From Saprospiraceae bacterium (GTDB lineage: Bacteria; Bacteroidota; Bacteroidia; Chitinophagales; Saprospiraceae): a DNA stretch of 64,000 nt. Location: positions 72,706 through 136,705 of the forward strand of contig JAHDFP010000011.1 in NCBI GenBank assembly GCA_020628095.1. Reading direction: 5' to 3'. Both the position numbers and the translations under genes were made by a program. Positions 1-8,858 of this stretch are shown one piece after another. Under the pieces are notes generated by a model. It did no database searches. It saw nothing but the letters and a program-made list of their open reading frames with translations, and was not told the DNA's origin. How positions within the stretch are numbered: position 1 is the first letter of the stretch; every line of letters starts with the position of its first letter.

Positions 1-513
1 GATGATAGGATAGATCCTGTCGGTGCTTGTGTCGGTATGAAAGGATCAAGGATACACGGAATAGTCAGAGAACTCAAGAATGAGAATATAGATATCGTTA
101 ATTACACGAATAATATCTCATTATTTATACAAAGGTCTCTGACGCCAGCCAAGGTCTCTAATATTGGTTTGGATATGGATAATAAGACGGCGTCTGTATT
201 CTTAAAGCCAGATCAGGTGTCTCTGGCAATAGGGAAGGGCGGATCTAATATCAAACTGGCGAGTCAGCTTACAGGATTTGAGATAGATGTCTATAGAGAA
301 GATGATGATCCTAATCTAGAAGACGTCGACTTAGACGAGTTCTCTGATGAAATAGAAGAGTGGGTGATCGATGGTCTTAAGGAGATAGGCTGCGATACGG
401 CACGTAGTGTATTGGATCTGAGTAAGGAGGAACTTATGAGGAGGACAGATTTAGAAGAAGAGACTATAATAGGTGTTCTTAAGATATTGGAGCAGGAATT
501 TGCCAATGATTAG
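1..513 (+). CDS. nusA: Transcription termination/antitermination factor NusA, C-terminal part (5' end lies outside the window)
   Basis: The frame is open from base 1. The translation DDRIDPVGACVGMKGSRIHGIVRELKNENIDIV is the conserved NusA KH-domain segment. An acidic C-terminal tail follows, and infB comes directly after, as in the classical nusA-infB arrangement. Confidence 0.9.
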   Translation, partial: DDRIDPVGACVGMKGSRIHGIVRELKNENIDIVNYTNNISLFIQRSLTPAKVSNIGLDMDNKTASVFLKPDQVSLAIGKGGSNIKLASQLTGFEIDVYREDDDPNLEDVDLDEFSDEIEEWVIDGLKEIGCDTARSVLDLSKEELMRRTDLEEETIIGVLKILEQEFAND

Positions 514-548
514 GAACTGAAAGAAGCAAAAATTAATTAACAGCATAT

Positions 549-3266
549 ATGGCAAAACGCTTAGTTAAAATAGCGAAAGAATTAAATGTAGGTACTGGTA
601 CCATAGTAGACTTTCTAGCCTCTAATGGTATGGAGGTAGAAAATAAGCCTACATCTAAGCTGACGGATGAGATGTATGATATGCTGTTACAAGAGTTTAG
701 CAACTCGATGGCGGTCAAAGAGAAAGCAGACCAGTTAGTCATCGGAATAAGAACAGAGGAAGATGCACCAGAACCTGTAAAAACGCCGCCGCCAAAAGAA
801 GAGAAAAAGATAGAAGTAAAAGTAGAAGAAGATAAAGAAGAAAAAGTCCTCAAAAAATTGGATGAACTGGTTGCTGAGCGTGAAGAGGAACAGGTGATAA
901 AAGCAGAAGTAGAAAAGAAAGAACTTAAGGTAGTCGGTAAAATAGATTTAGATAAGAAAAAGAAGAAAGAGACTCCGGCAGAAAGTAAGAAAGAAGAACC
1001 TGTTGCTGAAAAGGAAGATAAGAAGGTCGAAAAAGAACCGGAAGAAAAAGTAGAAGGAAATATCGCCCCAGAAGAGACGATGGTGCGAGCGGAAACACCG
1101 CAACTCAAAGGTCTAAAGATACAGGGCAAGATCGATATCAAAAAGTTTGATAAGCCTAAAAAAGAACAAAAGACAGACACTAATAAAGGTCAATCCAAAG
1201 GTGTCAAATCTAAGAATCAGCAAGAAAAGCCTAAGAGAAAGAGAACACGTAGAAAAATGACTGCCGAAAATATGATGAGGCGTGAGCGTGGTAGAGGAGG
1301 CTCTGGTGGCGGCAGAGATAAAAGAAAAGATGAGGTCAAAGTTGTAACTAAAAAAGAGATCGAGGATAAGATCAAAGCAACAATGGCCAGAATCTCTGGC
1401 GGTGGTGGAAAGAAGAAACGTCAGAAGATAAGAAGAGAAAATCGAGAAGATAAAAGGGAAAAGGCGGAATTAAAAGAAATGGAAAACTTCGAAGTGAAAC
1501 TTAAACTCACTGAGTTTATTTCCGCTTCTGAGTTAGCCAATCTAATGAATGTCTCCGCGACCGACATTATAACCAAATGTATGAACATGGGTGTCTTCAT
1601 ATCCATCAACCAAAGATTGGATGCGGAGATCATAGAACTAGTGGCAGCAGAATATGGTCATGAGGTCGAATTTATCTCTGTGGAATCTCAACAAGAAGAA
1701 GAACAAGAGGCGCCAGATGATCCTAAGGATCTTATACCGAGAGCACCTATCGTGACGGTCATGGGACACGTGGATCACGGTAAGACCTCTTTACTGGATT
1801 ATATCAGGAAGGCTAATGTAGCAGAGGGCGAAGCAGGTGGAATAACACAGCATGTCGGTGCCTATTCGGTCAAGGTAGGTAAAGATGACAAGGTCACATT
1901 CTTAGATACACCAGGTCACGAGGCCTTTACGGCCATGAGGGCCAGAGGGGCTAAGGTGACAGATATTGTTATTGTCATCGTTGCGGCGGATGACCGTATA
2001 ATGCCTCAGACTAGGGAGGCAATCAGTCACGCACAAGCCGCAGGAGTACCTATAGTATTTGCTGTCAATAAGATAGATAAGGATGGAGCTAACCCTAACG
2101 CTATAAAGCAGGAGTTATCTCAGATGAATATTCTGGTAGAAGAGTGGGGTGGAAAGTTTCAGTCTCAGGATATATCAGCCAAGACAGGAGAGAATATAGA
2201 TCAATTACTAGAAAAAGTTCTCTTAGAAGCAGAAATGCTAGAGCTAAAGGCGAATCCGAATAAGAATGCGATAGGTACTGTAGTAGAGGCCTCACTAGAT
2301 AAAGGTCGTGGTTATGTTACTAAATTACTAGTCCAGGCAGGAACGCTCAAAATAGGTGACCCTATGGTGGCAGGATCTTATTCTGGTAAGATCAAAGCCA
2401 TGTTCAATGATAAAGGCCTAAAGATAAAAACGGCAGGACCATCTACACCAGTGGCTATATTAGGTCTTGATGGTGCTCCGCAGGCGGGAGAGAAATTTAA
2501 GGTTACGGATAAAGAACAAATAGCCAAGGAGCTTGCAACGAAGAGATCACAGATCGAAAGAGAACAATCTAACAGAGCCAGCAAGCGTATTAGTCTGGAT
2601 GAGATAGGAAGAAGATTAGCTTTAGGTACTTTCAAGGAATTAAATCTAATCGTCAAAGGTGACGTGGATGGTAGTATAGAGGCATTATCTGACTCTATGA
2701 TTAAATTATCTCAGGAGACAGTTCAGGTCAATGTGATACATAAAGCGGTAGGTGCGATTGCAGAATCGGATGTCTTATTAGCTTCTGCTTCGGATGCTAT
2801 TATTATTGGATTCCAAGTAAGACCATCTGGTAGTGCTAGACAATTGGCAGAAAAAGAAGGTGTCCAGATCAAAACATACTCCATTATCTACGAGGCCATA
2901 GATGAAATAAAGGCGGCGATAGAGGGTATGTTAGATACCATCAAAGAGGAGAAAGTCCTTGGTAATATAGAAATCAAAGAAACCTACAAGATCAGTAAAA
3001 TAGGAACCATCGCTGGTTGCTTAGTGACCGAAGGTAAGGTAACAAATGACTCTAAGATCAGACTAATCAGAGAGGGTATCGTGGTCTATCCAACAAAACA
3101 GGGCGCTGTAGCAGAGCTAGGCTCACTTAAGAGATATAAAGATGATGTCAAAGAAGTCAGAGCGGGTATGGAATGCGGACTTACGATCAAGAACTACAAT
3201 GACATCAAGGCAGGAGATATCATAGAATCTTATGAGATCGTAGAAATCAAGAGAAAATTAGAGTAA
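549..3266 (+). CDS. infB: Translation initiation factor IF-2
   Basis: 905-aa ORF. The G-domain motifs [22 protein letters not shown] and NKID are present, followed by the conserved domains through the C terminus. A long K/E-rich low-complexity N-terminal region is typical of IF-2. The gene follows nusA. Confidence 0.97.
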   Translation: MAKRLVKIAKELNVGTGTIVDFLASNGMEVENKPTSKLTDEMYDMLLQEFSNSMAVKEKADQLVIGIRTEEDAPEPVKTPPPKEEKKIEVKVEEDKEEKVLKKLDELVAEREEEQVIKAEVEKKELKVVGKIDLDKKKKKETPAESKKEEPVAEKEDKKVEKEPEEKVEGNIAPEETMVRAETPQLKGLKIQGKIDIKKFDKPKKEQKTDTNKGQSKGVKSKNQQEKPKRKRTRRKMTAENMMRRERGRGGSGGGRDKRKDEVKVVTKKEIEDKIKATMARISGGGGKKKRQKIRRENREDKREKAELKEMENFEVKLKLTEFISASELANLMNVSATDIITKCMNMGVFISINQRLDAEIIELVAAEYGHEVEFISVESQQEEEQEAPDDPKDLIPRAPIVTVMGHVDHGKTSLLDYIRKANVAEGEAGGITQHVGAYSVKVGKDDKVTFLDTPGHEAFTAMRARGAKVTDIVIVIVAADDRIMPQTREAISHAQAAGVPIVFAVNKIDKDGANPNAIKQELSQMNILVEEWGGKFQSQDISAKTGENIDQLLEKVLLEAEMLELKANPNKNAIGTVVEASLDKGRGYVTKLLVQAGTLKIGDPMVAGSYSGKIKAMFNDKGLKIKTAGPSTPVAILGLDGAPQAGEKFKVTDKEQIAKELATKRSQIEREQSNRASKRISLDEIGRRLALGTFKELNLIVKGDVDGSIEALSDSMIKLSQETVQVNVIHKAVGAIAESDVLLASASDAIIIGFQVRPSGSARQLAEKEGVQIKTYSIIYEAIDEIKAAIEGMLDTIKEEKVLGNIEIKETYKISKIGTIAGCLVTEGKVTNDSKIRLIREGIVVYPTKQGAVAELGSLKRYKDDVKEVRAGMECGLTIKNYNDIKAGDIIESYEIVEIKRKLE

Positions 3267-3284
3267 GATTATCCTTCTATATAG

Positions 3285-4055
3285 ATGCCTTCATTCAAGA
3301 ACCAAAAAGAACTCAAGGCATTTTTGGATATCAAGGTCGATCAAATCAATCGACCAGATTTTATATTGGATGATCCCATTATAATACCTAAAAGCTATTC
3401 TTTACTTCAGGATATAGAGATAACAGCATTCTGGACTGCCATATTTGCCTGGGGTCAGCGTGTCACTATCATTAACAAAGCGAAGGAGTTGTTTTCTCTT
3501 ATGGATAATGCACCTTATGAGTTTATTTGTAATCATGTAGAGAGGGATAGAGAACGGTTTAAGGATTTTAAGCATCGCACTTTTCAGTATACCGACACGC
3601 TTTATTTTTTAGAATTCCTACAATGGTTTTATCAGAATAATAAATCTCTGGAAGAGGCCTTTGATTTTAGCACATCCGCTCAGGAGGGGTTGAGTAAGTT
3701 CCATGATTTGTTTTTTAGCCTCCCTTATTCACCAAAAAGGACTAGAAAGCATATTGCCACACCAGTAAGAAAATCTACTTGCAAGCGGTTGAATATGTTT
3801 TTACGATGGATGGTACGTCATGATGATAGGGGCGTGGATTTTGGTATCTGGCGGGCAATTAATCCTAGTCAGCTCATGATGCCCTATGATATACACGTGG
3901 AACGTGTGGCTAGAAAATTGGGACTTCTGAAAAGAAAACAAAGAGACTGGAAGGCCGTAGAAGAATTAACTGATAATCTCAGTAAACTAGATTCTTCTGA
4001 CCCTGTCAAATATGATTATGCCTTATATGGAATGGGCGTAAAGCAAATGCTATAA
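3285..4055 (+). CDS. TIGR02757/DUF2400-family protein
   Basis: 256-aa ORF with the pattern (FWTAIFAWGQR ... RKHIATPVRKSTCKRLNMFLRWMVR) that I recognise as the DUF2400 family. Assigned from memory, not searched. Confidence 0.65.
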   Translation: MPSFKNQKELKAFLDIKVDQINRPDFILDDPIIIPKSYSLLQDIEITAFWTAIFAWGQRVTIINKAKELFSLMDNAPYEFICNHVERDRERFKDFKHRTFQYTDTLYFLEFLQWFYQNNKSLEEAFDFSTSAQEGLSKFHDLFFSLPYSPKRTRKHIATPVRKSTCKRLNMFLRWMVRHDDRGVDFGIWRAINPSQLMMPYDIHVERVARKLGLLKRKQRDWKAVEELTDNLSKLDSSDPVKYDYALYGMGVKQML

Positions 4056-4430
4056 TACCCGACGAAATCTTACAGAAGAGATAGTCCTTCTGGCGCCATG
4101 ATCTTCAAAATGGACAAATATCCGCAGCCCATCACCTTGGGCATTATAGGCTTCGGCTATTATATAGTTGGCATCATCTGTTTCTGACGATCCTTTATGT
4201 ACCTTTTTCCATCGGACTGGCTTGAGGGCTTTTATCTTTTTGGAAATGAGATTGGCGGCCTTGATATTGGTATAAGTTCCTTTCTTTCTATTGATTTCTA
4301 GCTTGACCTGATCAGAGAAGTGCTTGCTGAAATCACCATCCTGATAGGCTTGTATGATTTTGTGTTGTTTCTGAGCATTGATGAAAACACTATGACCGAT
4401 TACCGCTAACAAGATTATTAAGAACCTCAT
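4050..4430 (-). CDS. Secreted small protein, DUF4783-like
   Basis: The ORF track gives 4050..4466. The internal Met at 4430 gives a clean signal peptide (MRFLIILLAVIGHSVFINAQ), so I prefer that start. It overlaps the stop of the converging upstream gene by 6 nt. Confidence 0.5.
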   Translation of the reverse strand: MRFLIILLAVIGHSVFINAQKQHKIIQAYQDGDFSKHFSDQVKLEINRKKGTYTNIKAANLISKKIKALKPVRWKKVHKGSSETDDANYIIAEAYNAQGDGLRIFVHFEDHGARRTISSVRFRRVL

Positions 4431-4599
4431 GATTATAAAATTAGTTGATTTATTAGTTATATGCATAACGTTAGATAGACCTAGTTTTCAACGATATTCT
4501 TGATAAATTCTTGTTAATAAATAACGTAACATTAAATCAATATTATGTAATCCATTGAATTACAAAGATTTAATTAGTTTTAGCGACTTAATTTTTTAG

Positions 4600-6123
4600 A
4601 TGTCGAAAAAAGCATTTCTTATCATATTAGATGGATGGGGTCATGGTCTAAATCCTAATGTCAGTGCAATCGCTCAGGCGAATACAAGTTATATAGACGG
4701 TTTGTATGAGGAACATCCACATTCGGAATTAGTCACATACGGAGAGCAAGTTGGTCTACCAGAGGGGCAGATGGGAAATTCTGAGGTAGGCCATCTTAAT
4801 ATAGGCGCTGGACGAGTGGTATATCAAGAATTGGCTAGAATCAATAAGGAAATAAAGGAAGGTACTTTTGCGGAAAACGCAGTATTGAAAAAGGTATTGA
4901 CTGATGCCGTTGATAAGAAACGTACTGTGCATCTCATAGGATTGCTTTCTGATGGAGGAGTCCATTCGCATATAGACCATCTGATTGCGTTAATCCATCT
5001 TTGTGATCAATATGGCATAGAGAATACCAGAATACATGCATTCCTCGATGGAAGAGATACGGCTCCAGACGGAGGCCTAGGCTATCTTCAAAATTTACTA
5101 GATAACACCAAGGATTCTAATGCCAAGTTGTCTTCTGTGATAGGTCGATACTATGCGATGGATAGGGATAACCGATGGGAAAGAACTCAGAAAGCCTATA
5201 ATCTTTTGGTCAAAGGCGAAGCAGATATACAATCTGACGATGTGATGTCTAGTGTTCAATCGGCCTATGATGATAACATTACTGACGAATTCATGAGTGC
5301 TATCCAAATTGTGGGACATCAGTATAACACCATATCAGAGGGAGACCTTGTGATTAGTTTCAATTTTAGGACAGATCGACCGCGTCAGATAATAGATGCA
5401 CTATCACAAAGAGACATGGCGGATCATGCCATGAACAAGCTGGATGTCAAGGTGTGTACCATGACAATGTACGATAGCACCTTCCAGGGAATCGATGTGG
5501 TGTATCAAAAGGAAGACATCAGAAATACATTAGGCGAAATAATCTCAGGTCAAGGTTTGACTCAATTGAGATTAGCGGAGACAGAAAAATATCCGCATGT
5601 CACTTTCTTTTTCTCTGGAGGTCGCGAAGAAATACTCGAAAAAGAAGTAAGAGAACTTGTAGATTCTCCCAAAGTCGCCACTTATGATCTAAAACCCGAT
5701 ATGAGCGCGTATGAGATTACTAATAAGGCAGATTATCATATTAGATCATCGACTCCACCGGATTTTATCATTCTTAACTATGCCAATGCAGATATGGTGG
5801 GTCATACAGGAGATATGAGTGCTGCAACTCAGGCTGCGGAAGTTCTGGACGCTTGTCTGGAGAGCCTCATACCTATCGCTGTGAGACAGGATTATTATGT
5901 TGTCATCATCGCAGATCATGGTAATTCGGATATTATGTGTAACGAAGATGGTAGCCCGCATACGGCCCATACCACTAATAAAGTGCCTTTTATTCTCATA
6001 GATCCCTCTCAGAGTATAAAAGAAGTATCAGATGGTAAGTTAGCTGACATAGCTCCGACGCTATTATCGCTGATGGAAATAGATATTCCTTCTGAAATGG
6101 ATGGAAATATACTGACCAAATAG
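4600..6123 (+). CDS. gpmI: 2,3-bisphosphoglycerate-independent phosphoglycerate mutase
   Basis: 507-aa ORF with iPGM signatures: ILDGWG, NSEVGHLNIGAGR, the C-terminal metal-site region ADMVGHTG and ADHGN. Confidence 0.93.
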   Translation: MSKKAFLIILDGWGHGLNPNVSAIAQANTSYIDGLYEEHPHSELVTYGEQVGLPEGQMGNSEVGHLNIGAGRVVYQELARINKEIKEGTFAENAVLKKVLTDAVDKKRTVHLIGLLSDGGVHSHIDHLIALIHLCDQYGIENTRIHAFLDGRDTAPDGGLGYLQNLLDNTKDSNAKLSSVIGRYYAMDRDNRWERTQKAYNLLVKGEADIQSDDVMSSVQSAYDDNITDEFMSAIQIVGHQYNTISEGDLVISFNFRTDRPRQIIDALSQRDMADHAMNKLDVKVCTMTMYDSTFQGIDVVYQKEDIRNTLGEIISGQGLTQLRLAETEKYPHVTFFFSGGREEILEKEVRELVDSPKVATYDLKPDMSAYEITNKADYHIRSSTPPDFIILNYANADMVGHTGDMSAATQAAEVLDACLESLIPIAVRQDYYVVIIADHGNSDIMCNEDGSPHTAHTTNKVPFILIDPSQSIKEVSDGKLADIAPTLLSLMEIDIPSEMDGNILTK

Positions 6124-6255
6124 AACATTATTCTGATTTGGGATAAAATACTGCCTAATTATATTGAAATGAACGCTAATAATTAATTTTAATAAGGGCA
6201 TTTGCTTATTAATCCTTTATTTATTATTTTCATCAATTAATAAACGCCCTGTATT

Positions 6256-6342
6256 ATGACAATTTTTTACGGAATTTTAGCTCTGTTCGCAGTAATCTTG
6301 TTGGGAATATATATGATGTATAAAAAGAATGTGGACGCTTAA
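6256..6342 (+). CDS. Candidate 28-aa single-pass membrane peptide (MTIFYGILALFAVILLGIYMMYKKNVDA)
   Basis: It has an ATG start and a TAA stop, with a hydrophobic core followed by the basic KK motif. It sits alone in a 383-bp gap between convergent genes and is followed by two hairpins. There is no homology evidence, so it could be chance. Confidence 0.25.
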   Translation: MTIFYGILALFAVILLGIYMMYKKNVDA

Positions 6343-6404
6343 TAAGTCCACTTAATGTTTTTTAATATCATCCCATACACAGATCGTTAAGAACTTTGCA
6401 ACCC

Positions 6405-6431
6405 AATGATATAAATTGAATTTATATCATT
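6405..6431. other. Perfect 11-bp inverted repeat (AATGATATAAA / TTTATATCATT) with a 5-nt loop
   Basis: Read directly from the sequence. It lies downstream of the small ORF and upstream of the terminator at 6443-6477. There is no flanking T-run. Confidence 0.35.
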
Positions 6432-6442
6432 CATAGAAAACG

Positions 6443-6477
6443 AAAAAGGCTTGAAATTTTACTTCAAGCCTTTTTTA
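6443..6477. terminator. Bidirectional intrinsic terminator
   Basis: The stem GGCTTGAA (6448-6455) pairs with TTCAAGCC (6463-6470) around a 7-nt loop. It is flanked by AAAAA upstream and TTTTTTATTT downstream. It sits between the convergent gpmI/small-ORF unit (+) and the T9SS cargo gene (-). Confidence 0.65.
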
Positions 6478-6506
6478 TTTATTCTTACTACTACTCTTAT
6501 TTCTTT

Positions 6507-7199
6507 CTATTCCTTAGTCAGTCTCATCACATCAAGTAGCTTATCTTTTTCGTCAATGAGTCTAACCAAGTATACACCTTTATCCAAACCTGATATATTA
6601 TGGCTTTGACCTGATTTGTGAGCGTTTTTGGATATTAACTTTCCTATGACACTCAGTATGACCACATGCTTGACGTTCTTATCATCTTTGATTTTGAATC
6701 TATCCGTACTTGGATTGGGATAGAGACTCAATGGCATCTGTGTTTTGAGATTATCTTGATCTATCGATTTGTCTCCATTGACTTTAACCTCCAGTTCTTG
6801 AGAAGCAACAATCTTACCTTTTCCACCGCACTGCGTATGTAGATTAAAACTAAGTGTGGATTCTCCTATGTTGTTATTAGGTAAAATCTGCATTACGATA
6901 TCTTGCTCTGCACCTGACGCTATAACATTGATAAAAGCGTCATTACAAGGGCTTTTGTGAGTCCCAGCACTATGCGCAAGATTTTGGTCAGCTACTTTGA
7001 ATGACCAATTGTAAGACGATTCGTCTATCGACCACCAATAGTTTACTGACTCGTCGCCAATATTTTTTACGGTAAATGTAACGGACTGGTTTGTTTCGTT
7101 GACTTGAGACTCTAAGACAGAACTACTCTCTATAATAAGCTGACCATTCAGCGAGACGCCGAGTAATAAACTTATTAGTGAAAGTAGAATTTTCTCCAT
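6507..7199 (-). CDS. Secreted protein with a T9SS C-terminal sorting domain
   Basis: It has an N-terminal signal peptide (MEKILLSLISLLLGVSLNG). The C-terminal ~75 aa (LSLYPNPSTDRFKI ... GVYLVRLIDE ... MRLTKE) match the type-A Por secretion tail pattern. Confidence 0.75.
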   Translation of the reverse strand: MEKILLSLISLLLGVSLNGQLIIESSSVLESQVNETNQSVTFTVKNIGDESVNYWWSIDESSYNWSFKVADQNLAHSAGTHKSPCNDAFINVIASGAEQDIVMQILPNNNIGESTLSFNLHTQCGGKGKIVASQELEVKVNGDKSIDQDNLKTQMPLSLYPNPSTDRFKIKDDKNVKHVVILSVIGKLISKNAHKSGQSHNISGLDKGVYLVRLIDEKDKLLDVMRLTKE

Positions 7200-7217
7200 G
7201 TATCAACCTTAATATAC

Positions 7218-7225
7218 CAAATATA
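7218..7225 (-). promoter_or_regulatory. Candidate Bacteroidota -7 promoter box (TATATTTG on the minus strand)
   Basis: It matches TAnnTTTG, 18 nt upstream of the ATG at 7199. There is no well-spaced -33 TTG. This 6-position motif is expected by chance several times in the intergenic DNA here. Confidence 0.3.
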
Positions 7226-7514
7226 CGTTTTTAGAGGCAATGAAAAGTCTTAATGAGGCGTTAATGTCGGTTGGATTGATAATATTAGGAGCAATAACTT
7301 TACCATTCCTACTGATTGAAATTCATTTCAAATTATTTACACCCATCAAATTATGATTTTTGAATATGTTATTAACTAACAATCAGTCGGGTGAGAAGAG
7401 TAATGAGGCGATCCATTAATATTCTCAACAAGAATGTTGATCATTTGCCGAAACCTGACATACGACTTATGACATATTATATTTACTTTATATGTGTATA
7501 AGATGATTTAGTAT

Positions 7515-8858
7515 ATGAAAGTCGTCATAATTGGCAACGGAATTAGCGGAATTACGGCCGCTAGATGGATCAGAAAATTGAGTGATCATGAGATAACGGT
7601 CATTTCATCTGAGACCAAGTATTTTTATTCTAGGACGGCATTGATGTATGTCTATATGGGGCACATGCGTGCCGAAGATACACAGCCTTATGAGCCTTGG
7701 TTTTGGAGTAGAAACAGAATCCAACTAATGGAAGATCATGTCGAGACCATTGATTTCGAAAACAGAGAACTTTCGCTAAAGTCAGGAAAGAAAGCCCCTT
7801 ATGACAAACTCATACTGGCATTAGGGTCTAAGCCTAATAAGTTTGGATGGCCTGGTCAGGACCTCAAAAGGGTGGGTGGATTATATCACTGGCAAGATCT
7901 CGAGAATATGGAAGCCCATAGTGCTGGGCTAAGTCGTGCGGTTATTGTCGGAGGTGGATTGATAGGGATAGAGATGGCTGAGATGTTCAGATCGAGAGAT
8001 ATACCCGTCACCATGCTGGTAAGAGAAGAGAGTTATTGGAATAATGTGCTACCTCCAGAAGAATCTCAGATGGTGTCAGATCATATCAGAGCGCATCATA
8101 TTGATCTCCGACTTGGTGTCAATCTTGGAGAAATTATTGGCAATGAGCAGGGACAGGCCATGGGCGTTGTTGTCAAAGAGACTGGCGAAAGAATAGACTG
8201 CGGGTATGTCGGATTGACTGCTGGTGTCCATCCTAATATTGCCTTCTTGAAAGACCAATCACTAGAAATACAGAAAGGTATTCTGGTAAATAATAATCTG
8301 GAGACTAACATATCAGGAGTCTATGCTATCGGTGATTGCGCTCAACTAAGAGAGCCCCGAGAGGGCCGAAGAAGTATAGAAGCAGTCTGGTATACGGGCA
8401 GAATGATGGGTGAGGTAGCCGCTCATAATATTTGTGGACATGTCACGGAATACGATCCGGGAATATGGTTTAATTCTGCCAAATTTTTGGATATCGAGTA
8501 TCAAGTCTATGGGACTGTTCTTGCCAAACCTCCAGAAAATCATGTTTCGATTTTCTGGCAACATGAGGATAATACCAAGTCAATAAGATTGGTATTCGAT
8601 CAAAGGACGAATGAAATTTTGGGCTTCAATCTTATGGGTGTGAGATTTCGTCATGAGCTATGCGAAAAGTGGTTAAAGGAGAAAACGGATATCGAAGAAG
8701 TACTTAGAAGCCTTCCTTTAGCCAACTTCGATCCAGAATTTTCTAAGCAATATGAGGGAGAACTCATTCGGATATATAATGCTCAATTTGGAAAAAATAT
8801 AACGGCTAAGCACAAGAAAAGAAGTCTGGATAGAGTGCTGCAATTCTTAAAAAAATAA
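7515..8858 (+). CDS. NAD(P)/FAD-dependent oxidoreductase (pyridine nucleotide-disulfide oxidoreductase fold)
   Basis: It has an N-terminal Rossmann motif (VVIIGNGISGITAA), a second dinucleotide motif (AVIVGGGLIGIEMA) and a GD motif (YAIGDCA). Confidence 0.8.
   Translation: MKVVIIGNGISGITAARWIRKLSDHEITVISSETKYFYSRTALMYVYMGHMRAEDTQPYEPWFWSRNRIQLMEDHVETIDFENRELSLKSGKKAPYDKLILALGSKPNKFGWPGQDLKRVGGLYHWQDLENMEAHSAGLSRAVIVGGGLIGIEMAEMFRSRDIPVTMLVREESYWNNVLPPEESQMVSDHIRAHHIDLRLGVNLGEIIGNEQGQAMGVVVKETGERIDCGYVGLTAGVHPNIAFLKDQSLEIQKGILVNNNLETNISGVYAIGDCAQLREPREGRRSIEAVWYTGRMMGEVAAHNICGHVTEYDPGIWFNSAKFLDIEYQVYGTVLAKPPENHVSIFWQHEDNTKSIRLVFDQRTNEILGFNLMGVRFRHELCEKWLKEKTDIEEVLRSLPLANFDPEFSKQYEGELIRIYNAQFGKNITAKHKKRSLDRVLQFLKK

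Noticed and set aside
533-1180. 215-aa ORF antisense to the infB N-terminal region
   Set aside because: It is S/F/L-rich low-complexity sequence and the mirror image of the K/E-rich purine-rich infB coding strand. This is an expected artefact, not a gene.
7247-7412. Direct repeat TAATGAGGCG occurring twice, ~150 bp apart, in the divergent promoter region upstream of the flavoprotein gene
   Set aside because: It is only 10 nt with no further flanking similarity, so it is compatible with chance in a 315-bp spacer. I note it but do not claim it as a regulatory site.
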